Assembly (NCBI GenBank): GCA_964291415.2
Contig: OZ219920.1
Span: 1,504,001 to 1,568,000 of the forward strand
DNA length: 64,000 nucleotides
Direction of reading: 5' to 3'
From: Alphaproteobacteria bacterium
GTDB taxonomy: Bacteria; Pseudomonadota; Alphaproteobacteria; SP197
Of the stretch, positions 23,879-34,274 are shown piece after piece (the first letter of the stretch is position 1; each line of letters starts with the position of its first letter). The translations under genes and the position numbers were made by a program. The notes under the pieces are model-generated. The model ran no database searches. It saw only the letters and a program-made list of their open reading frames with translations, and was not told the origin of the DNA.

Positions 23879-24328
23879 TCAGGAGTCTCCTTCAAACCGT
23901 CGCGCCTCCAGCGCCAGGCGCCGGAAACCCGCCTCGGTCAGCGCGCCCATGACGGCCATGACTTCCTCGTAGGCCACCATCCTGTCTCCCCTGATGAAGA
24001 CCCGTACATCGGGATTGTTGTCCGAGATGATGGCAAGACGCGGTCCGAGCTGATCCAGTTCCACCATCGTTTCGCCAAGCCAGATCTCGCCCGCGGCCGT
24101 GATCGTGACCTCGACGGGTTCATCCATGCCTGCCAGATCGCTGACGGCCGCTTCCGGCAGATCGACCTCGACGCCGGAGGTCAGCAGGGGAGCAGTGATC
24201 ATGAACACGACCAGCAGGACGAGCATGACGTCGACCAGGGGCGTGACGTTGATCTCGCTGATCGGCGGACGCCGACGCCCGGCCCGGGCGCTGCGCCTGG
24301 CGCTGGCCGAGGTGAACTGGACCGCCAT
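23879..24328 (-). CDS. tolR: TolR
   Basis: EINVTPLVDVMLVLLVVFMITAP, IRGD. Confidence 0.95.
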   Translation of the reverse strand: MAVQFTSASARRSARAGRRRPPISEINVTPLVDVMLVLLVVFMITAPLLTSGVEVDLPEAAVSDLAGMDEPVEVTITAAGEIWLGETMVELDQLGPRLAIISDNNPDVRVFIRGDRMVAYEEVMAVMGALTEAGFRRLALEARRFEGDS

Positions 24329-25050
24329 CAGCCGCCGTGCTCGTCAAGCTGTCGCGACAGCAACGCGTGGAACTCCGTGGCAAAGTTCTCGAGCCGGCTG
24401 GCGTAGCGATCAAGGTCGCCGGACAGCTTGTTGTAGGCGACCACGGCGGGAATCGCCGCCAGCAGACCGAGTGCGGTGGCAAACAGCGCCTCGGCGATGC
24501 CCGGAGCAACGACGACCAGCGATGTGTTGTGCTGGACCGCGATGGCCGTGAAGGCGTTCATGATGCCCCAGACAGTGCCAAACAATCCGACGAAGGGCGC
24601 TGTGGAGCCCACGGTGGCCAACAGCCCCATGTAACGTTCGAGGCGGTCCATCTCACGGTCGATGCCGATCTGCATCGCCTGGCCGATTCTCTGCTTGAGG
24701 TCGGCACGCAGCCGGCTGTCGGCGATCATCTCCTGGTGACCCATGGCACGCTGCAACTCGTCCATCGCCGCCTTGAACACCGTCGTCATCGGGTGTGGCG
24801 GAGCGCCATCGACGTCCCTGTAGAGTTCGTCCAGCGGCCCGCCCGACCAGAAAGCCTGCTCGAACTCTACCGCCCGCGCACCCAGCTGACGCAGTCTCCT
24901 GACCTTGTCGAAGATGATGGCCCAACACCACACCGAGGCTGCCAGCAGCAGCAGCATGACGAACTTGACCACGGCATCGGCACGCCAGAACAGGCTCCAG
25001 ACGGACATGTCGCCATGGGCCGACACATCTGCGAGTACAGTCGCTTCCAC
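24328..25050 (-). CDS. tolQ: TolQ
   Basis: FEQAFWSG, LATVGSTAPFVGLFGTVWGIM, APGIAEALFATA. Confidence 0.97.
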   Translation of the reverse strand: MEATVLADVSAHGDMSVWSLFWRADAVVKFVMLLLLAASVWCWAIIFDKVRRLRQLGARAVEFEQAFWSGGPLDELYRDVDGAPPHPMTTVFKAAMDELQRAMGHQEMIADSRLRADLKQRIGQAMQIGIDREMDRLERYMGLLATVGSTAPFVGLFGTVWGIMNAFTAIAVQHNTSLVVVAPGIAEALFATALGLLAAIPAVVAYNKLSGDLDRYASRLENFATEFHALLSRQLDEHGG

Positions 25051-25053
25051 GGT

Positions 25054-25473
25054 TCAGTTTCCTTCGCCAGGGTATCGGTCAAATGTCTCCCGGACCGCCG
25101 CGGGAAGGCGCATCGCCCTGCCGCCGGCGCCGAGGAACGCGAGACGCACATCCATCGAGACAAGCGTCCGCCCATCACGCATGACCGTCTGCCGCATGAT
25201 GAGACTGGCGCCCTTCACCTCGACGACCTCCGTCTCGATCTCGACCTCGTCATCAAGCCGGGCAGCCGCTGCATAGTCGATGGCCATGGAACGCACAACG
25301 AAACCGCCTCCTTCCCGCACGCGCAGACTCCGATGGTCGTGTCCCAGGGAGCGCAGCAGTTCCGTGCGGCCCCGTTCGGCAAAACGCAGGTAGGCGGTGT
25401 GGTAGACGATTCCGCCGGCATCGGTGTCTTCATGGTAGATCCTTGTCCTGATCCTGCCAGCCGGTTCAGTCAT
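25054..25473 (-). CDS. ybgC: YbgC acyl-CoA thioesterase
   Basis: [25 protein letters not shown]; precedes tolQ. Confidence 0.92.
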   Translation of the reverse strand: MTEPAGRIRTRIYHEDTDAGGIVYHTAYLRFAERGRTELLRSLGHDHRSLRVREGGGFVVRSMAIDYAAAARLDDEVEIETEVVEVKGASLIMRQTVMRDGRTLVSMDVRLAFLGAGGRAMRLPAAVRETFDRYPGEGN

Positions 25474-26506
25474 GCGCCGGCACGTCCGCGAAGAGATCCG
25501 GGGCATCGTCCGTGGGAACCGGAAGTCCGAGATGGCGCCAGCCGGCCGCGGCGAGGACACGGCCGCTGGGCGTGCGCCTGATGAAGCCCTGTTGCATCAT
25601 GAACGGCTCGATGACGTCCTCGATGGCGTTCCTGTGCTCGGAGAGCGCTGCAGCGAGAGTCTCGACGCCGACCGGACCGCCACCATAGTTGTCGGCGATG
25701 CAGGCGAGATACCTCCTGTCCATGGCATCCATGCCCTTTCCGTCGACGCCGAGCGTCTCCAATGCCTGTCGGGCGAAGGCCGCGTCGATGACATCCACCC
25801 TTTCGAAGGCCTCGTCGCGGACCCGGCGCAGCAGTCTCCCGGCGACCCTTGGGGTTCCGCGCGCCCTGGCCGCCAGCTCCCGCGCACCATCGGCAGCCAG
25901 GGCGACGTTCATGACGCGCGCCAGACGCAGAAGCATCACGGCAAGGTCATCGGCTTCGTAGAAGTCGAGTCGTTGCGGGATCAGGAACCGGTCATAAAGC
26001 GGCTTGGTGATCAGGCCCGCGCGCGTCGTCGCACCGACCAGGGTAAAGCGTTGCAGGTCGATCCTGACCGACCGCGCCGCCGGGCCCTCGCCGATGATGA
26101 GATCCAGCTGAAAGTCTTCCATGGCCGGATACAACACCTCTTCCACGGCAGGATTGAGGCGATGGATCTCGTCGATGAAGAGGACGTCACCTTCGTCGAG
26201 ATTGGTGAGCTGTGCAGCAAGATCGCCGGCGCGCATGATGACCGGGCCCGACGTCTGGTGAAACCTGACACCGAGTTCGTTGGCAATGATCCGCGCAAGG
26301 GTTGTCTTGCCGAGGCCGGGCGGACCATGCAGCAGCACGTGGTCGAGCGCCTCACCACGGCCGCGGGCAGCGCGGATTCCGGTCATCAGGTTCTCGGTCA
26401 CCGCTGTCTGGCCGATGAACTCCGCAAACTTGCGCGGACGCAGTGACGGTGCCTGTTCGTCATCCGCTCCGGTCGCGTCCACCAGGCGCCCGTCTTCGTC
26501 CGTCAT
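25466..26506 (-). CDS. ruvB: Holliday junction helicase RuvB
   Basis: LRP...[25 protein letters not shown]. Confidence 0.97.
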   Translation of the reverse strand: MTDEDGRLVDATGADDEQAPSLRPRKFAEFIGQTAVTENLMTGIRAARGRGEALDHVLLHGPPGLGKTTLARIIANELGVRFHQTSGPVIMRAGDLAAQLTNLDEGDVLFIDEIHRLNPAVEEVLYPAMEDFQLDLIIGEGPAARSVRIDLQRFTLVGATTRAGLITKPLYDRFLIPQRLDFYEADDLAVMLLRLARVMNVALAADGARELAARARGTPRVAGRLLRRVRDEAFERVDVIDAAFARQALETLGVDGKGMDAMDRRYLACIADNYGGGPVGVETLAAALSEHRNAIEDVIEPFMMQQGFIRRTPSGRVLAAAGWRHLGLPVPTDDAPDLFADVPAHD

Positions 26507-27093
26507 CGCGCCAGTTCCTTCAGACTCGCCCGGATGAGCGCGTCGAGACCTGCTCCTGCGGCCTGGCGCACGGAGGTGACCGCACGCCACGCCTCCGAGC
26601 GCGTGTATCCCAGATTGACCAGGGCGGCAATCGCATCCGACTCGACACCGCCGACTGCCGCTTGTCCTCCGGTTCCCGAAGGCGGCGCCATGTCCTCCAG
26701 CCTGTCGGCAAGTTCGGTGATGATGCGCGTGGCCAGCTTCTGACCGACTCCGCTGGCCCGGGCAATTGCGCGCCTGTCGTTCGCTCTCACGGCATCGACC
26801 AGATCGTCCGGACCAAGCACCGAAAGGATGGCAAGGGCGCCACGGGGGCCGACTCCCTGGACGGTGGTCAGCATCGCGAAGGTTGCCTGCTCCGCGGCGT
26901 CGGCAAATCCGTAAAGAACAATGCGATCGTCCCGGATGATCGTTTCGACGAGGAGGCGGGCATCACCCTCCTGCCCTGCCAGTGCACTGATGGTGCGTGA
27001 CGAGCAGGCAAGGCGGTAGCCCACACCCTGGACATCGAGAATCACCCGGTCCTCGGCCACCACATCCAGTCGGCCGGTCAGACGTCCGATCAT
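26503..27093 (-). CDS. ruvA: Holliday junction binding protein RuvA
   Basis: MIGRLTG, DVQGVGY, LYGF, HhH motifs, ALVNLGY. Confidence 0.96.
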   Translation of the reverse strand: MIGRLTGRLDVVAEDRVILDVQGVGYRLACSSRTISALAGQEGDARLLVETIIRDDRIVLYGFADAAEQATFAMLTTVQGVGPRGALAILSVLGPDDLVDAVRANDRRAIARASGVGQKLATRIITELADRLEDMAPPSGTGGQAAVGGVESDAIAALVNLGYTRSEAWRAVTSVRQAAGAGLDALIRASLKELAR

Positions 27094-27590
27094 GCGCGCG
27101 TTCCGGAGCGAATGCGTTCGATGGTTCGCGCGTGATAGGCATGACAGACGGCGACCGCCAGCGCATCTGCGGCATCGTTGCGCGCCGCCTTCGCACCCGG
27201 AAGCAGGATGCCGATCATGGCGGCGATCTGGTGTTTTTCGGCCTTACCCGTTCCGACCACGGTCTTCTTCACCAGTCGCGTGGCATACTCGCTGACCTCG
27301 AGGCCGGTGGCGGCGGCCGCCACGAGGGCCGCACCGCGAGCCAGTCCGAGCTTGAGCGTGCTTTCCGCGTTCAGGCTGACGAAAGTCTCCTCGATGGCCA
27401 CCTGGTCGGGAACCTGCTCCGCCAGCACATCACTGACACCACGATGGATCACTGTCAGCCGTTCGGCCATGGCGAGGGAGGGGCGGGGCGAGATGACACC
27501 GTGCGCGACGTGATGAAGCCGAGAGCCATCTGTCGAGATCACTCCCCAGCCGGTGTTCAGGAGGCCAGGATCCAGTCCCAGAATTCGCAT
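27090..27590 (-). CDS. ruvC: Crossover junction endonuclease RuvC
   Basis: ILGLDPG..TGWG, AIEETF, DAADALAVA. Confidence 0.96.
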   Translation of the reverse strand: MRILGLDPGLLNTGWGVISTDGSRLHHVAHGVISPRPSLAMAERLTVIHRGVSDVLAEQVPDQVAIEETFVSLNAESTLKLGLARGAALVAAAATGLEVSEYATRLVKKTVVGTGKAEKHQIAAMIGILLPGAKAARNDAADALAVAVCHAYHARTIERIRSGTRA

Positions 27591-27598
27591 CCCGGACC

Positions 27599-28348
27599 TC
27601 AGGCAACCAGACGTTCCATCACGTCATCGGCAATCTCGAAATTGGCTGCCACGGACTGGACGTCGTCATTGTCCTCGAGATCCCCGATCAGCCTCAGAAG
27701 GGTTGCTGCCTTGTCTTCGGACACCTCCGTGACCACCGAGGCCTTCCAGACCAGACCAGCCTCGCGGGGATTGCCGAATCGCGCCACCAGCGCATCACTG
27801 GTGGCGCCAAAGTCTTCCGGTGCACACAGAATGGTGTGGCCGTCGTCGTCGGACATCACGTCACCGGCGCCAGCCTCGAGCGCCGCCTCGAACACCTCGT
27901 CCTCGTCGCCAGCCTGTGCCGCAAGGATGACCTGGCCCATGCGTTCGAACATGAACGAAACGCTGCCCGTTTCTCCAAGGCTGCCGCCATTCTTCGAAAA
28001 GGCGGCGCGGATCTCGGCGGCCGTTCTGTTACGATTGTCCGTCAGGGCCTCGACGATGATCGCCACACCGCCCGGGCCATAGCCCTCGTAGCGCATTTCG
28101 ACATAGTCGGCCGCCCCGTCGCCTCCCGTGCTCCGCCTGATGGCCCTGTCGATGGCCTCCCTGGTCATGTTGACCGCCCGGGCGGCCTGAATGGCCGCCC
28201 GCAGACGCGGATTGTGATCGGGATCAGGCAGACCGGACCGGGCAGCAACGGCAATCTCGCGCCCGACCTTGGTGAACTGGCGGGCGCGCTTGGCATCCTG
28301 CGCGCCCTTGCGGTACATGATGTTCTTCCACTTGGAATGCCCGGCCAT
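27599..28348 (-). CDS. yebC: YebC/PmpR family protein
   Basis: [24 protein letters not shown]. Confidence 0.96.
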   Translation of the reverse strand: MAGHSKWKNIMYRKGAQDAKRARQFTKVGREIAVAARSGLPDPDHNPRLRAAIQAARAVNMTREAIDRAIRRSTGGDGAADYVEMRYEGYGPGGVAIIVEALTDNRNRTAAEIRAAFSKNGGSLGETGSVSFMFERMGQVILAAQAGDEDEVFEAALEAGAGDVMSDDDGHTILCAPEDFGATSDALVARFGNPREAGLVWKASVVTEVSEDKAATLLRLIGDLEDNDDVQSVAANFEIADDVMERLVA

Positions 28349-28618
28349 GACGTTTCCGGCAATCTCCCAATCACTACCGAGGCAGCGACCATACCACATC
28401 CATTGTCATCCATTGTCGCAAAGTGTGCACACATCCTGTCGTGATGATGCCTGCATGATGGAGGCCGAGGCATTCGTCCGGTGCGGTAAATCCTTGCGCC
28501 GATCATCGACCAACCGGGGAAATCGGGACTGGGGCAAGGTCCCGGACAGCCCTGTGCCGTCTCGCGGAACGCCCTGGTCTCGCCACACGCGGCACCACGG
28601 GCACACAGGAGAATAGCG

Positions 28619-29608
28619 ATGCCTGCCACCATGAATGCCATCGTGTACGACGGCCACGGCGACTCCGGCGTGGTTCGCATGGTACGTCGCGCCATCCCGC
28701 AGCCCGACGTCGGCGAGGTGCTGGTCAGGGTCCATGCCGCGGGGGTCAACCGGCCGGACATCCTGCAGCGCGCCGGCAACTATCCGCCGCCGCCCGGAGC
28801 GAGTGACATCCCGGGTCTCGAGATCGCCGGAGAAGTGATCGCCAACGGACCGTCGAGCGAGCATCTCGAGCCGGGGCAGAGAATCATGGCACTGGTGTCA
28901 GGGGGTGGCTATGCCGAGTACTGCGTGGTTCCCGTTCCCCAGGCCCTGCCCGTTCCCGACCGCCTCGACGACTCCGAGGCCGCTGGAGTGCCGGAGACCT
29001 TCTTCACCGTGTGGACCAATGTCTTCCAGAGATGCCGGCTCTCGGGTGGCGAGACATTCCTCGTGCACGGTGGTGCAAGCGGCATCGGGACCACCGCCAT
29101 CCAGTTGGCCGAGGCAAGGGGTGCGAGGGTGTTCGCCACGGCCGGAAGTGAATCGAGATGCCGGGCCTGCGAGGCGCTCGGTGCTGAACGGGCCTTCAAC
29201 TATCACCAGGACGACTTCGTCGCTCTCGCGAGGGACCTGACGCAAGGCCGTGGTGTCGACGTCATTCTCGACATGGCGGGAGGAGACACGATACCCCGGA
29301 ACATACGGCTTCTGGCAACCGAAGGCCGCCTGTGCTTCATCGCGTTCCTCTCCGGATCCAGGGCGACGGTCGACTTTGCGCCGATGATGATGAAACGGGC
29401 GACGATCACCGGCTCGACGCTGCGCGCCAGGTCGGTGAACGAAAAGGGGGTCATCGCCGCCGAACTGGAACGCGAGGTTCTGCCCCTGCTCGAGAGCGGC
29501 CGCGTGAAACCGGTCATTCATGCCACCCTTCCCTTCGCCGAGGCCGCCCGCGCCCAGGACATGCTTGACGGCGATCATGTCGGCAAGGTGGTGCTGTCCA
29601 TGAGTTGA
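28619..29608 (+). CDS. NAD(P)H-quinone oxidoreductase (PIG3/zeta-crystallin family)
   Basis: AAGVNRPD..QR.G.YPPP, PGLE, HGGASGIG, GSTLR. Confidence 0.9.
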   Translation: MPATMNAIVYDGHGDSGVVRMVRRAIPQPDVGEVLVRVHAAGVNRPDILQRAGNYPPPPGASDIPGLEIAGEVIANGPSSEHLEPGQRIMALVSGGGYAEYCVVPVPQALPVPDRLDDSEAAGVPETFFTVWTNVFQRCRLSGGETFLVHGGASGIGTTAIQLAEARGARVFATAGSESRCRACEALGAERAFNYHQDDFVALARDLTQGRGVDVILDMAGGDTIPRNIRLLATEGRLCFIAFLSGSRATVDFAPMMMKRATITGSTLRARSVNEKGVIAAELEREVLPLLESGRVKPVIHATLPFAEAARAQDMLDGDHVGKVVLSMS

Positions 29609-29891
29609 AAGCCGGCAGCCTTCCGGCATTCAGGACAATCTTCCCCAGCGCGGGAGATCTTGAGTGTTCCGTGCGTCGACCTCCACGATGTTCAGGGAGA
29701 TCAGCATCCGGGGTTTGGAAAGATGCGGGTACTCAGCCGCCTTCCCAGGCGAATGCCTTGTCACGTCTGTTCCCCGTGTTCTATGGTCTCGGCGAGGCGA
29801 TGCCGTGTCACATGCCATGCTGAGCACGGCTGCAGAAGACCGTTGGACGTCTCGCTGCCGTCTTCCCGAACTGATGGTGTGGAGATGAACC

Positions 29892-30452
29892 ATGTCGCAA
29901 GAGTTGCTGATGCCTCGGGCAACTGCCGTGTGGCTGATCGACAACACGATTCTCACTTTCAGCCAGATTGCCGAGTTCTGCGGCATGCACGAACTGGAAG
30001 TCCAGAACATCGCCGATGGCGAGATCGAAAAGGACCTTATCGGCCAGAATCCCGTTCAGACAGGACAGATCACCAAGGAGGAACTGGATCGCTGCCAGGC
30101 TGACCCATCCGCCACCTTGCAGCTCGCCGAGCGTGGTGAGGACACGCCCCGAAAGACGTCACGCACTCGCTACACACCCATCTCGAAGCGCCGCAACAAG
30201 CCTGATGCCATCGCCTATCTCATCAAGCACTATCCCCAGCTGTCGGCTCGGCAGATCGAAAGACTCATCGGCACCACCAGGAAGACAATCGAGCGAATTC
30301 GTGAAGGGACACACCGCAATTCGAGCATGATCGAGATGAAGGATCCGGTGCTTGCCGGACTGTGCACCGCGGCGGAACTCAACGAGGCGATCGAGAAAGC
30401 CGATGCCAAGCAGGCTCGCGAGAAGGCGATGGCGGACCAGGTCGCTCCCTGA
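29892..30452 (+). CDS. trcR: DUF1013 family transcription factor (TrcR-like)
   Basis: LMPRATAVWLIDNT.LTF.QIA.FC.MH.LEV..IAD, RYTP.SKR, DPV..GLC. Confidence 0.88.
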   Translation: MSQELLMPRATAVWLIDNTILTFSQIAEFCGMHELEVQNIADGEIEKDLIGQNPVQTGQITKEELDRCQADPSATLQLAERGEDTPRKTSRTRYTPISKRRNKPDAIAYLIKHYPQLSARQIERLIGTTRKTIERIREGTHRNSSMIEMKDPVLAGLCTAAELNEAIEKADAKQAREKAMADQVAP

Positions 30453-30587
30453 GGCGCAGCCTGCGGAAACGGGCATGCCGCTCCGCGCTACGGTACGTCC
30501 GGTGCGGTGTCACGGAGACCTTTCTCGCATCACCCGGGGCCCGCGCATGGATCTGGCCCGGCGGCGCCACCACTGAGAGCACGTTCG

Positions 30588-32105
30588 ATGGCAAAGCGCC
30601 CCAACATTCTCTTCATCATGGTCGATCAACTCGCGCCGCAGGTGCTGTCGGCCTATGGCGGGACGGGAGTAGAGACCCCGCATCTCGATCGCCTTGCCGG
30701 GACGGGGGTGGTGTTCGAGAACGCCTACTGCAATTTTCCGCTGTGCGCGCCTGCGCGGTTTTCGATGCTGAGCGGGCGTCTGCCGTCGAGGATCGGCGCG
30801 TTTGACAACGCTGTCGAGTTTCCGGCCTCCACGCCGACCGTCCACCACTACCTTCGCGTTGCCGGCTACCGCACCTGTCTTGCCGGCAAGATGCACTTCG
30901 TCGGCCCCGACCAGCTCCATGGATACGAAGAGCGTGTCACGACCGATGTCTACCCTGCCGACTTCCTTTGGTCGCCGGACTGGAGTCTCGACGACGAGAG
31001 CTGGCTTGAGTGGTACCACAGCATGCACGCGGTCCTCGAAGCCGGACCGCACCGGCGAAGCGTGAACATTGCCTACGACGACGAGGTCGAATTCGAGGCC
31101 ATTCGCTGGCTCCATGAGCATGCCGACAGCGGCGATGAACGCCCCTTTGCACTCACGACCTCCTTCATCTCACCCCATGACCCCTACCTTGCGCCGCCCC
31201 TGTGGTGGGAGAAGTACCGGAATGCCGAAATCGATCCACCCCGGGTTCCGGACATCCCACTCAGTGAGCGCGATCCGCACAGCCGGCGGCACTGGTTTCT
31301 GACCGGGCGGCATCTCACCGAAATCAGCGAGGCGGACGTCATGCGCATGCGGCGCGCCTACTTTGCGGTCACAAGCTATGTTGACGCGAAAGTCGGCAGA
31401 CTGCTGGCGGCGCTGGACGAGATCGGCGCGGCGGACGACACTCTCGTCGTCTTCACCTCCGATCACGGCGATTCGCTCGGCGAGCGCGGTCTGTTCTTCA
31501 AGATGTCGTTCTTCGAATGGTCGGTCCGGGTTCCCCTCATCGTGCACGCACCGTTTGCCTTCGCTCCGCGCCGGGTGGCGACCAACGTTTCCCACATCGA
31601 TCTCCTCCCCACTCTGCTGGACGTGGCGTGCGACGGCGCGCCTCCGGAGTTGGCGACGCCGATTGACGGCCTCTCGCTGGCGCCACTGGCGTCGAACAGT
31701 GGCGATGATGGGCCCGAACTCGTCTGTGCGGAGTACACGGCCGAAGGCGTGCAAGCACCGCTGTTGATGGTGCGCAAGGGGCCCTGGAAGCTGGTCTCGT
31801 GTCCCACCGACCCGCCGCTTCTATTCGACCTCGACGCAGACCCGGACGAACTCTGCAACCTCGCGGAACGCCCTGACCACGCCCACGTGCGCGCCGAACT
31901 GGAAGCGGCCGTCAACAGGACCTGGAACATCCAGGCACTCGACACCGCTGTGCGCCAGAGCCAGTCTGCGCGGCGCCTGGTCGGCGCTGCCCTCGATACC
32001 GGCCGACGAACTCCCTGGGACTTCCAGCCGCTGCGTGATGCGTCCCAGCTCTATTTTCGCGAGGGCGGCGATATCCAGGCTTCGTATTCCGGCACCGTGC
32101 GCTGA
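30588..32105 (+). CDS. betC: Choline-sulfatase-like sulfatase, paralog 1
   Basis: PNILFIMVDQ, CAPAR (FGly motif), GKMHFVGPDQLHG, PHDPY, SDHG, WDFQP. Confidence 0.85.
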   Translation: MAKRPNILFIMVDQLAPQVLSAYGGTGVETPHLDRLAGTGVVFENAYCNFPLCAPARFSMLSGRLPSRIGAFDNAVEFPASTPTVHHYLRVAGYRTCLAGKMHFVGPDQLHGYEERVTTDVYPADFLWSPDWSLDDESWLEWYHSMHAVLEAGPHRRSVNIAYDDEVEFEAIRWLHEHADSGDERPFALTTSFISPHDPYLAPPLWWEKYRNAEIDPPRVPDIPLSERDPHSRRHWFLTGRHLTEISEADVMRMRRAYFAVTSYVDAKVGRLLAALDEIGAADDTLVVFTSDHGDSLGERGLFFKMSFFEWSVRVPLIVHAPFAFAPRRVATNVSHIDLLPTLLDVACDGAPPELATPIDGLSLAPLASNSGDDGPELVCAEYTAEGVQAPLLMVRKGPWKLVSCPTDPPLLFDLDADPDELCNLAERPDHAHVRAELEAAVNRTWNIQALDTAVRQSQSARRLVGAALDTGRRTPWDFQPLRDASQLYFREGGDIQASYSGTVR

Positions 32106-32110
32106 CGCCA

Positions 32111-32683
32111 TCAACCGGGGCTGTCGGGACGGCGGTGACGCATCAGGAAGGGAGTCTGGGCAACGGCGAAGAGCACCGTCAGGCCGAGAATTCCGAACAC
32201 CTTGAAGAACACCCAGGTCTCTTCATCCTGGGTGCGCCAGACGAGTTCGTTGAGACCGGCCATGACCGTGAAGAAGAGCGCGAACCTGATGGACAGGGTG
32301 CGCCAGGCCTCATCGACCAGATCAAAGGCGCCGCCCATGACGAACTTCAGCGGCGAGCGTCCAATGGCGACGCCGCCGGCGAGAAGCGCGGCAAACAGCA
32401 GTTGAACGATCGTCGGTTTCATCTTGATGAAGGTCGCATCCTGCAACGCGAGCGTGAGGCCGCCAAAGATTGAGACCAGAACGGCCGTCACCACCGCCAT
32501 CTTCGGCACGTGACGGGCCACCAAGTATCCCAGGGTGACGGCGCCCAGCGTCGCCAGCACCAGCACCCCTGTCGCCACCATCAGATCAGCCAGCAGGTAG
32601 GCGGCAAGAAACAGGGCCAGCGGCCCGTAGTCGGTTGCCGGCGTCAGCCACCCCGGCTTGTGTCCTTGATGCATTGCCCGCAC
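32111..32683 (-). CDS. yciB: Intracellular septation protein A / YciB
   Basis: DYGPL..F, FGGLTL, FIKMKPT, NELVWR, WV.FKVFG. Confidence 0.93.
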   Translation of the reverse strand: MRAMHQGHKPGWLTPATDYGPLALFLAAYLLADLMVATGVLVLATLGAVTLGYLVARHVPKMAVVTAVLVSIFGGLTLALQDATFIKMKPTIVQLLFAALLAGGVAIGRSPLKFVMGGAFDLVDEAWRTLSIRFALFFTVMAGLNELVWRTQDEETWVFFKVFGILGLTVLFAVAQTPFLMRHRRPDSPG

Positions 32684-32739
32684 TCTTCGACCGGTTTCCC
32701 GCGCACCATGGCAGGGAGACGCATGCGGGGAAAGAGATC

Positions 32740-33369
32740 ATGCTCCACGATGGTATCGACGCAACCTTCGAGCACCTGCGCCAGGAAATCCTGCGTTTCA
32801 TCGCGCATCAGGAGGACGGGGCCTCGGCACGGGCCCGCTCTGTTCTCTCCCGTGAACTCTCGTCTGCCAGGCTGCCGGACCGGATCCAGGAGGCGCGACG
32901 GCTGCCGGGCTGCCGCCATCTCGATGCAGCACTCTCCATGGCCAGGCAGGGGGCCATGGCGGATCTCGCCGACGCCTTCGCCGCCCTGGAACCCTCGCTG
33001 CGCTGGATCCGCAGCGAGCACTATCGCGAGAGCCTTGGCGACGACTACATGAACAACTACTGCTACACCAACATTCTGGGTTTCGAGGCCCTCATTCCCC
33101 ACGACCGTGTCGTCGCCGCCTTCTTCGTGATCGGTCCCGGACGACACTATCCGCGTCACCATCACGAAGCCGAGGAGATCTACTATCCCTTCGGCGGCGA
33201 TACGCTGTGGGGTCAGGATGACGCCCCACCCCGACCGCGCCCGCCGGGGAAACCGGTTCACAACACCCCCTGGCTCCCCCACGAGATGATCACCCGCACC
33301 ACGCCGCTTTTCACGTTCTGTTTCTGGGTGTCGCCGGGACCGATTCAACCCGCCCAGCTGACCGGCTGA
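32740..33369 (+). CDS. Cupin protein of the DddQ/DddL DMSP-lyase family
   Basis: Cupin motif 1 YPRHHHEAEEIYY, motif 2 HNTPWLPHEM, PLF...W; start uncertain (32635 or 32740). Confidence 0.7.
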   Translation: MLHDGIDATFEHLRQEILRFIAHQEDGASARARSVLSRELSSARLPDRIQEARRLPGCRHLDAALSMARQGAMADLADAFAALEPSLRWIRSEHYRESLGDDYMNNYCYTNILGFEALIPHDRVVAAFFVIGPGRHYPRHHHEAEEIYYPFGGDTLWGQDDAPPRPRPPGKPVHNTPWLPHEMITRTTPLFTFCFWVSPGPIQPAQLTG

Positions 33370-33380
33370 AGGAAACCGCC

Positions 33381-34190
33381 ATGGACCATGCCACGTTGAA
33401 GACCGCCGATGTGTCCCTCCACTGGGTCCGTGCGGGAACCGGACCGGATGTTGTCTGGTGTCCGGGCGGGGACCAGACCGGCGAGGAATGGGAGGAACAG
33501 TTCAGCTTCTTTCCGGACTACCGCTGCACGAGCTTTGATCCGCGTGGCGCAGGACGCACCGTCAGCCACCGCCCGCCACCATGGCCGATCGCGACGTACG
33601 CCGATGATGTCGCGGCCCTGATCAGGGAGGCCTGCAATCCTCCGGTCGTGATGGTCGGCCTTTCCATGGGCGCGCTCATCGTCCAGGAGATGCTGCTGGC
33701 CTGGCCGGAACTCGTCCGCCTGGGAATCGCCATGGGAACATCAGGCTCCAAGGGCGGTTTCATAGCGGAATGGGAGGATGCCGAGATCAGGTTCCGGGAA
33801 GCGGGTCACCGGCTGCCTCCCGACTTCGCCCTCGCCCACTATGCCCTGCTGATGTACCCCTCCGAGGTTCTGGGTGACAACGAGATGTGGGAGAGGTGCA
33901 AGCCGGTGGTGGCCGCAGCCTACGCCGAGCGTGACGGCGACATGCTCGCCGCCCAGTGGCAGGCCTGTCTCGACTACTCGGCCATGGACCGGCTCGCCGG
34001 CTGCACCCGACCGCTGCACGTGATCGCCTTCGACCAGGACATGCAGACGCCGCCGGCCCGCGGCCGCCTGGTGGCCGAAGCGGCGGCCGATGGCCACTTC
34101 CACCTTCTCGAGGGCCTGGGGCACTGTTCGCTCTTCCGACACAGGCCCGAAACCGTCGCGGCCAAGATTCGCGAGATCATCGCCAGCTGA
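33381..34190 (+). CDS. Alpha/beta-fold hydrolase
   Basis: DPRGAG, GLSMG nucleophile elbow, D (FDQD), GHCS. Confidence 0.88.
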   Translation: MDHATLKTADVSLHWVRAGTGPDVVWCPGGDQTGEEWEEQFSFFPDYRCTSFDPRGAGRTVSHRPPPWPIATYADDVAALIREACNPPVVMVGLSMGALIVQEMLLAWPELVRLGIAMGTSGSKGGFIAEWEDAEIRFREAGHRLPPDFALAHYALLMYPSEVLGDNEMWERCKPVVAAAYAERDGDMLAAQWQACLDYSAMDRLAGCTRPLHVIAFDQDMQTPPARGRLVAEAAADGHFHLLEGLGHCSLFRHRPETVAAKIREIIAS

Positions 34191-34274
34191 GAATCCGTCA
34201 TGCCTCATCCCGACGCTTGACATCGTCGCCCCGGCGGGAGTGATGATGCGTCGTCCGTATCGGGGATCGCATTC

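Noticed and set aside
28397-28417. CATCCATTGT tandem duplication upstream of yebC
   Set aside because: Two copies only, with no supporting context.
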